A stretch of 64,000 bases of DNA from Squalus acanthias (taxonomy: Eukaryota), in NCBI GenBank assembly GCA_030390025.1, contig CM059431.1:153328001-153392000 (forward strand), given 5' to 3'. The notes under the pieces are model-generated. The model had not been told where the DNA came from. It made no database searches and saw only the letters and a list, made by a program, of their open reading frames with translations. The position numbers and the translations under genes were made by a program. Shown piece after piece: positions 25,738-36,369 of this stretch (position 1 is the first letter of the stretch; every line of letters starts with the position of its first letter).

Positions 25738-28701
25738 CTACCCGTAACCCTTAATTCCCTTTACTTCTAGGAAACTGTCTATTTCTGTTTTAAATTTATG
25801 TAATGATGTAGCTTCTACAGCTTTTTGGGGCAGCATATTCCATGGACCTACCATCCTCTGAGTGAAGTAGTTCCTTCTCATCTCAGTTTTGAAAGAGCAG
25901 CCCTTTATTCTAAGACTATGCCCCCTAGTTCTAGTTTCACCCATCATCGGGAACATCGTCCCCGCATCCACCCGATCCATCCCCTTCACAATCTTATATG
26001 TTTCAAAAAGATCGCCTCTCATTCTTCTGAACTCCAATGTGTAGAGTACAATCTACCCAACCTCTCCTCATATGTCCATCCCCTCATCCCCGGGATTTAC
26101 CTAGTGAACCTTCTTTGTACTGACTCGAGAGCAAGTATGTATTTTCTTAAGTATGGACACCAAAACTGTATGCAGCATTCCAGGTGCGGTCTCACCAATA
26201 CCTTGTACAACTGAAGCAATACCTCCCTATTTTTATATTATATCCCCCTAGCAATGAAAGCCAACATTCCATTGGCCTTCTTAATCACTTGCTGCACCTG
26301 CATACTAAACTTTTGAGTTTCGTGCACCAGGACCCCCAGATCCCTTTGCAGTTCAGTACTTTCCAGTTTCTTGCCATTAAGATAATAACTTGCTCTACTA
26401 TTTTTCCAGCCAAAGTGCATAACCTCACACTTTCCAGTATTGTATTACATCTGCCAAATCTCTGCCCACTTACTTAGACTGTCTATGTCCCCTTGCAGAT
26501 ATTTTATGTCCTCCTCACTCACTACTTTCCCTCCCATCTTAGTATCAACTGCAAACTTTGATAAGTTGCACTCGGTCCCCTCCTCCAAATCGTTAATATA
26601 GATTGTAAAGAGTTGGGGAACCAACACTGACCCCTGCGGAACACCACTAGTTACTGATTGCCAGTCTGAGAATGAACCATTTAGCCCAACTCTCTGCCTT
26701 CTGTTAAATAGCCAATCCTCTATCCATGCCAGAATATTACCCCCAATCCCGTGATTTTTTATCTTAAGCAATAATCTTTTGTGTGGCAACTTGTCAAATG
26801 CCTTTTGGATGTCTAAATACACCACATCCACTGCTTCCCCCTTATCCACCCTGTATGTTACTTCCTCAAAGAACTCCAGCAAATTTGTCAAACATGACTT
26901 CCCGTTCATAAAACCATGCTGACTTTGTCTTATTAAATTATGATTATCCAAATGTCCCGTTACTGTCTCCTTAATAATGGACTCCAAAATTTTACCTACC
27001 ACAGATGTTAGGCTAACCGGTCTATAGTTTCCAGCCTTCTGTCTACTGCCCTTTTTAAATAAGGGTCTTACATTAGCAGTTTTCCAGTCTGCCGGGATCT
27101 TTGTTGAGTCCAGAGAGTTTTGGAAAATGATTACCAATGCATCCACAATCCCTACCGCCACTTCCCTCAAGACCCTAGGATGTAAGCCATCAGGTCCAGG
27201 TGATTTATCCGCCTTGAGTCCCATTATTTTACCGAGTACCACTTCCTTTGTGATTTTGATCGTGTTTAGCTCCTCCCCCCATATAGCCCCCTGTTTGTCC
27301 AGTGTTGGGATAGTCTAGTGTCCTCTACTGTAAAGACTGATACAAAATATTCATTCAGTGTATTTGCCATCTCCATATTTCCCACCATTAATTTCCCGGT
27401 CTCATCCGCTAAGGGACCAACATTTACTTTAGCCACCCTTTTTCTTTTTATATAACTATAAAAACTCTTACTATCTGTTTTTATATTTTTTGCTAATTTA
27501 CTTTAATAATCTATCTTTCTATTGTTAATCAATCTTTTTGTTATTCTTTGCTATCTTTTAAAGTTTTCCCAATCCTCTATCCTCCCACTAGATTTGGCAA
27601 TCTTATAAGCCCTTGTTTTTAGTCGAATACTATCTTTAATTTCTTTACTAAGCCACGGATGACTGTCTTTTCTTTTACACCCTTTTCTTCTCAGTGGAAT
27701 ATATTTTTTTGGAAGTTGTGAAATAACTCCTTCAATGTACACCACTGATCATGTATCGTCTTACCCTTTAATCTATTTTCCCAATCCACTCTACTCAATT
27801 CCGCTCGCATACCTTCATAGTCTCCTTTATTCAAGCTTAGCACGCTTGTTTGAGATCCAACCTTCTCACCCTCTAATTGAATATGGAATTCATCCATGTT
27901 AAGATCACTCATTCCAAGGGGATCCTTTACTACCATTTTTAATTAATCCTGTCTCGTTACACAGGACCAGTTCTAAGGTTGCTTGCCCCCTGGTCGGTTC
28001 AACAACATACTGCTCAAGAAACCCATCCCTAATACACTCAATCAACTCATCCTCAAGGCAGCCCTGCCCAATTTGATTTGTCCAATTAAATGATAGTTAA
28101 AATCCCCCATAATTATAGATGTTCCCTTATTACAAGCCTCAACTATTTCCTGATTGATACTCCGTCCAACAGAGTTGCAACTGTTCGGAGGCCGATAGAC
28201 TACCCCCAGTAGTGTTTTTTTCCCCTTATTATTCCTTATCTCCACCCAAACTGTTTCATTATCATGATCTTTTAACCCAATATCATTTCTCTGTATTACA
28301 GTGATTACTTCCTTTATTAACATAGACAACCCACCTCCCATTCTTTCCTGCCTGTCCTTCCTGATCGTTAAATAACCTGGTATGTTTAATTCCGAGGCAT
28401 TGTCACCCTGCAGCCATGTTTCTGTAATTGCCAAAAGATCATACCCATAAGTAGTTATTTGTGCCATTAACTCGTCAATTTTGTTATGAATGCTACGTGC
28501 ATTCAGATAGAGAACTTTCAAATATGTTTTGTGAAATTTAGTTCCTGCTTTTGCCCTTTTTATTACTTTAGCTTTTACTCCATACCTTCTGCCCCTTCCT
28601 GACACTCTCTGGTTTTTAATTTCCCCACTACTACCTAATTCTATGACCTTCTCTATTTTCATTTTCATTATTTGCTCTCTAGGAACCTCCCCCCACCCCA
28701 C
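25738..28701 (-). pseudogene. CR1 ORF2 (EN+RT), frameshifted with stops
   Basis: Fragments 28042-28701 (YLNARS, ITETW, GDFN), 27691-27936, 27551-27745, 26445-27242 (NYRPVSLTS, GVPQGS, FAVD in place of FADD), 26238-26420 and 25738-26037. Confidence 0.92.
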
Positions 28702-28902
28702 CCACCACTAGATAGTTTAAATCCCTCTCGACAGCCCTAGTTATATGATCCGCCAGGACTCTAGTCCCAGCACTGGCCAAGTGAAGCCCGTCCCAACGGA
28801 ACAGCTCCCTCCAGCCCCAATACTGGTGCCAGTGTCCCAGGAAGCAAAACCCATTTCTACCACACCAGTCTTTGAGCCACTCATTTAACTCTCTAATTTT
28901 AT

Positions 28903-31292
28903 TTACCTAGCCAAATTCGATCGTAGCTCAGGTAATAATTCAGAGATTTTTACCCTTGAGGTTCTGTTTTTTTTTAATTTGACCCCTAGCTGCTCATACT
29001 CCTTTAACACAACCGGCTTCCTTGTCCTATCGATGTCGTTTGTACCAACATGGACCACGACAACTGGATCTACCCCCTCCCACTGCAAGTTTCTTTCCAG
29101 CCCAGATGAGTTGTCCTTAACCCTGGCACCGGGCAGGCAACACAGCCTATGGGACTCTCGCACTCGGCTGCAGATAACTCTATCTATTCCCCTAATAATA
29201 CTATCCCCTACCACTACAACATTTCTACTTACTCACCCCTCTTTAGAGGCCCCCCGTTCCACGGTGCTGTGGCCAGGTTGCTCATCCTCCCTGCTGTCCC
29301 TGCTCCTGTCCCCACTGTAGAATTCGCAAAATTATCGCGATTTTATAATAATAAGGAGACATAAAGTTTCGAATAAACAGCTTTATTTCAGCAGAATGCT
29401 GTCAGGTTTCAAAACGGACACAAACAGCCTATAAAATGGCCGCCACGCCTCGTGGCAGAAAGTTCTAGACTTTCAGTAGGCAGACAAGATGGCGTTTCAA
29501 TAAACATTTCAGCAAGATCGGACAGGACTCAGCACATTTGAGATAATGACATGACGTGATGGGTTTGCATTTTAAACATAAATACTGGAATCGGTCTTCC
29601 AGGTGCAAACAAGGGCTATTGTACTGAGCGATCAAGGACCCATCCAAAGACATTAATATGCAAAATCCCACGGCTCTACGATGAGAGAGCCGTTCGCGGG
29701 TACTCACAGCAATCATTTGGAAGCCCCAAAACCCCTCCAGGGAGACTACTAGCCGGTTCCACAATGGGAGAAATATTAACGGGTACTCAGACAGTTACAA
29801 GTGTCCCCGAAACCCATTAAAGACTGAGATCACCCCATACAAGATGTTTTGAGCGCCAAAACCTGACAAAAGATAGACATTAAGATTGGGCGGGAAAATA
29901 GGAATTACAGCACTATAACTGTAAAGTACAACCGTCCATCTTTCTCTTGCTGCTTTGACTCGCTGGAAGGCTGCTGAACTCTTACTCTCTTGCCTGACGA
30001 CTCTGGACTCTGATCCGCTAGGATCAACCTCGTGGCTTGCCGCGAAGATCTGTAGAGAACTGGGCTGTGAGGCCTGGAGGCGGGCGCACCATCCCGAGGA
30101 GTCGGTAAACGGTGTTGGAACCGAAGGACCGAGAGGAGATGAGATGAGATGAGATGAGAAGAAGACTACACGTGTCGCCGCGGTCAGTAAGCCCCGACCG
30201 CGCCTAAAAATATAAGGACCATTTTTCGAATTCTATCGGCTACTCCACAACTGGCCCGAGAAGACTATTCTTCGAGTTCTACCGACAACTGGTGTAGGAC
30301 ACAGGAAGACTCTTTTTTGAGTAGTATCAGAACTCCGAGGTCAACACAGATCTTCATGACAGCAGACGGTCCAGCCTGCTAGCCGGAGCAGAAGCGAGTA
30401 AACAAGTGGGGTACAGAGACCCCTGATCAACACGTGGATAGTCAGGTGCTGCGGTAAACACATCCGAGCAGAGTTTCGTAATTCTCCGAGTTATCACAAG
30501 TGGTGAGCATGAGTCTCGATCCTACAAATCTAGATTAGGACAGGTATTGATAGGGGAGGGTTTATGTTTTAAGGATAATTATAATGTGTGTCCCCTTTTA
30601 CGATGTGTCGTGCGCTCCTCGTTTCCCTAAACCTAGTTGCATAACTGTATGTAAGTTTGTACTGTCATTAATCTGTGCTTATGACATGTATTTCGTAATC
30701 TTGAATAATATGCAATAAAGATTATCCATTTCGCACTATTCAATCGGGTCTACCTGAGTTTTCTCTGCATTATTGCTCTCGCACCTAAGTCCAGTGTCAG
30801 AACCGCAAGGGCGAGTGGGTCGAACCACTCACAGGTGTCTAGTGTTACCAGGCTGGCTGGAGACCAGAACAGGCAACAAGGCCTAACCCCGCACTAGCAC
30901 CCAGGCTAAGCACAGAGCCACACGTCACCCCTTACACCACAGGGAGTAAGAACCTCGAACCTGTTGGACTAGAGCAAGGGCTGAGGCTCCTCCAACACAA
31001 CCTCCTGGATCCCCGTACCTGCCTCACTCGTAGTCACACCGTCCTGTCCCGGACCATGGGCTACATCTGAATTAATTAACTTCATAGGTGTGACCACCTC
31101 CTGAAACACAGTGTCCACGTACTTCTCCCTCTCCCTGATGTGTCGCAGTGTCTGAAGCTCAGACTCCAGCTCATCAACTCGGAGTTGGAGTTCCTGTAGC
31201 AGCAGACACTTGTCACAAATGTAATCACCGTGAGCCTCAATGGGATCCACCGGCTCCCACATCTCGCAACAGTAGCACATCACCTGCTCCAT
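28903..31292 (-). pseudogene. CR1 ORF1 (Cys-rich zinc finger/leucine zipper + SGNH esterase-like), split by a solo LTR
   Basis: 30969-31292 has CxCC...CxxC followed by Leu heptads (LQELQLRVDELESELQTL). 28903-29214 has VGDS, CLPGA and HVGTND, the SGNH blocks typical of CR1 ORF1. Confidence 0.88.
29316..30936 (+). mobile_element. Solo LTR (1621 bp) of an unrelated LTR element, inserted in CR1 ORF1
   Basis: TGTA...TACA termini and a 4-bp TSD CCAC (29312-29315/30937-30940). AATAAA at 30714-30719 suggests + orientation (tentative). No visible similarity to the foamy-like LTRs. Confidence 0.85.
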
Positions 31293-31879
31293 CCTATGTA
31301 ATTAATTAATTTGTTTTATTGTTAGATTTGGACACTCTCTGCCCGATTATAGATGGTAGTACCCCTCTAAATAATTCTATTTAAATTAAATCAATCCCAC
31401 TAAATTACGCCAGTTAAATGGTTTACCAACAGTCACTCTGCACCAGAAAGGCCTTATTAACTACAACCCACAGAGTTAAAGTTTGAAAAGAGCACCCTAC
31501 ACCCCACTCACCCGAACTCACACTTACCCAAACTCAGCACTCTCTGCTGAGTCGCACTCAGTGCTTGCTTGCACTAGCACTGGTCTTTTTATACTGTTTG
31601 TTTGTTTACAGCCAAATCAGTCACCCCTGCTGATTGATTAGAAAACTGTTTTACACTGCCTGCTGAGCCAATGTACTCCTACTGCACTGTAAACTTGTTT
31701 TACTCTTCTTAAACCAACATAATCCCAAATATTTAACTTTTACCCTTCACTTAAACTGCTCAAGTACTCTTATCAAGAATGATTTAAAGAGAACTAACAA
31801 TTAAAGAACTCTCACACTTAGCCAAACTCAGCACTCTCTGCTGACTCGCACTCAGTGTTTGCTCGCACTAACACTGGTC

Positions 31880-32192
31880 ACACGCTGTTCCTTCGATCCG
31901 ATGTGTGTACTGATTCTTGTTTTCATAAAGGTCTTGCCAGGCACTCAGTTGATTCCTTCTTCATCCACGATGTCTTCCTCCTTCATTGAAGCAACTCGTT
32001 AATCTTTCCTTGTTTCAGATGTTGCTTTTCGCGAATCCAATTCCTGAGGCTTTGCCAAGCATCGTGTGGAGGAGTCGGCGACACCGTCTGACTGACTTTT
32101 ATCAGTAGTTCGATCGCATCCATTTCCTGTGTCATACTCCAAGCTGGGTCTAGAAAGACAGTGTACGACTGCACCTTGTATTATTCCTCCAT
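31880..32192 (-). pseudogene. env: Possible env 5' remnant (leader region), cut off by the CR1 insertion
   Basis: A second frame starts at ATG 32192 (MEE*YKVQ...PPHDAWQSLRNWIREKQ) and overlaps the pol 3' end, where foamy env begins. Sequence similarity is weak. Confidence 0.4.
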
Positions 32193-35160
32193 TTCGGTAT
32201 CCCGCAGGACATCTTTTGAGATTGTCTATGGAGACAGTTTTAAGAATATGCTTGCCATTCGGTTAATTAATATGTATTTGAACTGTTCTTTCGTTAATAA
32301 CAGAATGTATTTGAACAGGTTTTTTCCACTTCGGTCTTAAACTAGGTTTTTGCTCGAACTTCTTTTCCTGTACCCATTCTCCTACTAGGGGTTTCCATGC
32401 TTTGTTTGTCAATCGTTTCTGCCTTTTTGCTTCCCTTATCCTCTGATCAATTTGATGAATCTCCTCTTTTACTTCTTTTTTTAAATCTAACTGTCACTGT
32501 CGGGTCAAGGACTCAGAAAGTGCAGAGGCAATAAAATAACTATGGGTAAGTGGTGTATTCATCTCAATTCCACACATCAGATAAAATGGGGTTTTAGGGG
32601 ACACTGTCCCTGATGCAGATGCGGGCACATTATTAAGTGATAGCTGCACCTCCGGAATAACGGTGGTCCACTTATTCCCCCTGAATCTCAACAGTTTGAC
32701 CAATACGTGTTTTACTTTCTGGTTTTTCCGTTCCACCAGCCCCACTGATATCGGATGACGTGGCGTGCTGTGCTCTAACCCAATCCCCCTTTGTTTGCAG
32801 TAGTCTTCGAAGACCTTGGAGACAAAGGCTCTGCCTTGATCGGAGTGTAAGATTTTGGGTGCACCAGCTTAAGTAATTATGTTAGAAATAGCCTTAGCTA
32901 GTGCGTTTTCTGAAACAATTTTTGTGGAGACCAGCCAGCAGAAGAAAGTGCATCCACCTACACAAACGAGAACATGTCTGTATCCCAAAGACGGGGGAAG
33001 TGGTCCAATAAAGTCAATAAAGATTTTTCCCCATTGACTCATCAGCTTTCACAGGAGCCAATGGTGGTGGCTTAATTAGTGATGACTTATTGGTTAACTA
33101 GCATGGCTCACAATTTGCCACGTATGTTTTACAGGCATTAAGCATGCCTGGCCACCAATATAAGGAGGTCAATTTGCAGAATGTTGTTCTGGCACCAGAA
33201 TGTGCTTGACTTATGTCATCTTGAGCTCCTTTTACAAGCTGTTGTCGTTTGTGTCTCGGGGGTACTCCTCGGTTTCCCTTGGGCAAATTAGTTAGCACAA
33301 TACCCGTACGGGTTCCGAGTAAAAGTACTTTGGTGGATATCCTGGTGGATTCTCTTTTGTTGGGTCTAATAGCTGAATCAGTTCCTCATCCTGATTAGCT
33401 GCCCGTTCTGCCCTAGTGATAACATTAATATTGGCATGACCCTCTCGAGGGGGGGTCAAGCAGACTAAACGTTTCGCTTGTTCGTCTGCAAGACTGTTTC
33501 CTTTTGAGCGTACTGTCCCAGTGGTATGCCCGTTCACAAGAATCACCTGACAATTCTGTTTCTCCATTCTCGATAGGAGAATGTCTTCCCACAATGACTT
33601 ATGTTTTATGGGTTTACACTTATGATTGGTAAAATTTGTTTGTTCCCAGAAAACTAGATCTTGGTTATCTCCTCTGTTATGGTAGTCACTATCCATAAAG
33701 ATTCGTGTGGGTTTAATAAGGTCTGACTTTTCTAAAGTATACCGTAGTGCTGCAGCTTCATCATACTGCGCTGTCTTATGGCCAAGGGGTATGGACAGTA
33801 ATTCTTCTGTATAAAAAGAATAGGAATCTCGAAAGGTCCCTACTACTATCCCCATCCCAGCTGAGGATTGTTGGGATGTCCCTTGTTTAATCGTCATTAA
33901 CGATCCATCACAGTAAATGACTTGATGGTATTATGTAAGCAGTCTCATAGGTATTTGTCTCATTCGCTGCTCCGTATCCTCATTCTCCATGATGGGGATA
34001 AGCTCTGTCCATTTCCGGGGAGAGGAATTTAATGATGAGTGTTGTATCATTCAAGTAAGATTGCCCATTTATCATATCAGATCTGGGTGGCTCTTTTTTC
34101 ATCAGAGGCCATCCTCAATACTGATCTTATATCGGTAATTTCAGTATAGATGGTAATGGGGTATTTCCCAGAAGGGTTCGTGCCTTGATGAGGCATTGGA
34201 CTACCATAGTCATGAACATTTATTTTTTAATGTACCTCCTTTCGACATTGAAAAAGTTACACAAATGGAACTGAATGGGCACTATGTTCTTTTCATTATA
34301 GAAAACTGCAACTGCCATTTTAGGTAATGACCTGAGACGAATATTGAGTGGAACTTGTAGGACCATCTGCTCCACGTCTATGGCTTTTCGTACCTTTCGG
34401 CATAATTGTTGCAATTTTGAGTAATCCTCTGATGAAAATATGAATGATCCTTTTGCTGCTTCGCCCACTCTAGCATACAGGGGTGCTGAGAGCTTGGCAA
34501 AGGTTGGCGTAAAGTATCGAGCAAAATTCTGGAGTCCTAAACTTGCTTGCAGATTTTTCAGAATTTTAGGATATTTAATGGAGGCTAATTTTTCTTTATA
34601 AAATTGAGTTAATCCTCTACCGAATCCAGTTATTCGCAGGCACAGAAAATCTACCTCTTCCCTAACTAGTTGACTCTTTTTTATGTTGATTAATTACCCA
34701 GCAGTTGTAAGTCTGGATAAAACACTATCAATGGCTTTCAAGTGCTCTTGGAGATTGTCATGTGACAGAGATATATCGTCCACATAAGAATTGACGTTAG
34801 GTAGGTATTTTAAATGGTCTATTTTGTGGACTGAAATGAGAACGGGGCTGTTTTGAAATTCCAAGGACAATCTGGTCCAGCAGTACTGATAATCATTGGG
34901 TCCAGTCATCGCTGTTTTTGGCCAATCAGTTTTTTCGATTGGATGTGACCAGAAGCCGTTTGCTGGACCAATACAAGATTTATATTTTTCCCTCGTGATT
35001 CCAGAGAGAAGGGCTGTGGAATTTTGCTGTTGTGCAGTATGTGGGGCTGTTATCTTATTTAAGGCTGTATAATCGACTAATAATCTGCAACTCCCATCTG
35101 GTTTAGCAACACCAAAGAATGGTGAATTAGTTCTAGATCCCATTTTGATTAAGACACCTT
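31999..35160 (-). pseudogene. pol: Foamy-like pol, 3' part: RT, RNase H, integrase
   Basis: RT: QGVLIK..NSP..KPDGSCRLLVDY, ANGFWSHPI, LPNVNSYVDDISLSHD. RNaseH: AGMGIV, SIPLGHKTAQ, KPIKHKSLW, GNSLAD. IN: AHSG..YWWPGM..CEPC, IDFIGPLPPS, PKILHSDQG, VERKN, WKPLVGEWVQE..SLRPKWKKP, TVSIDNLK. Many stops and frameshifts. Confidence 0.93.
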
Positions 35161-36369
35161 GGGGGAAAAATTCAGTCGAGCCCCGTTTGGGGCGCAAATA
35201 TCGTCCGGGCGCAAAAATTAGCGCCTGGCGCTAATTATCGCCACTGACTGGAAACTTCACTTTTAACGCCCCGGGAGGTGATTGGAGCGCTAAATCAGGC
35301 GCTGCACACCTGTCTTAAGGCGCAAAGGCCGAGGAGTGAGGCGCTAACTCAGAGCGCGAGCGCAGCGCAGGTGCTGCCAGTTAGCGAGGGAACACAGACA
35401 CACTGGCGCCGGCCAGTTCTTAAAGGGGGGGGGCGATCTTGCTTCCCAGCCACACCCTGCTCATTGCAGCCTTGAATCTCGGCCTGGAGAGACCTGTGAA
35501 TCCATTTTCCAGCCAAGGATGGAGAGGGTGAGAGAACGAGCTGAGCGCTTCACCGAGCGGGCCTTGGATGCTCTGGTTGGCGCGGTGGAGCGCCGAAGAC
35601 CAATACTGTACCCAAAGAGTGGCAGGAGGCCTTTGCCGCGCGACTACAGAAGAGTGTGGAGGGAGGTGGCTCAGCGCGTCTCCTCCAGGAGCATGGTGCC
35701 CAGGACCCATGTCCAATGCCGGAAAAAGTTCAACGACCTCACTCGGGTCGTCAGGGTGAGTGGCTTTTTTGCAATACCTCTCCATCCCTCCATCTCAACC
35801 TCACTCTATGGCCAGAGGGTCTTAAAACCACAATTAACAACACTCATCCAACACCTATGGCCCTTTCATGAAGCACACACACACATTCCATACTTTGCAT
35901 ACAGTAAGGGCTATTCACCTATGGGAGGCACATCAGGCAAGACCATGGCTGTATACAGTAAGGGCTATTCACCTATGGGAGGCACCTCAGGCAAGACCAT
36001 GGCTGTATATTTACTCAGACACCGTCCTTTTTCTTGCAGGCCAAGGTGGCGCATAATAGGAGACAGCAGCAACGGACGGGTGGAGGGCAGCCTCAGCTGC
36101 AACCCCTCAGCGATCTTGAGGAGCGCGTCCACAGGATTGTGGCAAGCCGGGTGATCAGTCCCGGTCCCGTCGCCACTGGAGACGGCGACCCCGTTCTGGA
36201 CAGCAATGGTAAGGTCATCACCTTTTTGTCCTCTGTCCTTCCACTTGTCCCTCACAACACCAGCCTTTGACACTTTCAATCCAACTTACTAACTCGCTGC
36301 ACTTATTCCTCCCTTACTGCCACCCTGTCCTCACGCCATAGCCACTCTTGCACCTCCCTGCTTTCAGAT

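Larger units (their letters stand above)
25484..31879 (-). mobile_element. Near full-length CR1 LINE (5' UTR, ORF1, ORF2, 3' UTR) inserted in the provirus
   Basis: Minus-strand ORF1 and ORF2 pieces in order, and a (CTTATGTT)n-type tail at ~25484-25505. The 3' UTR is shared with the copy at 36370. Confidence 0.93.
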
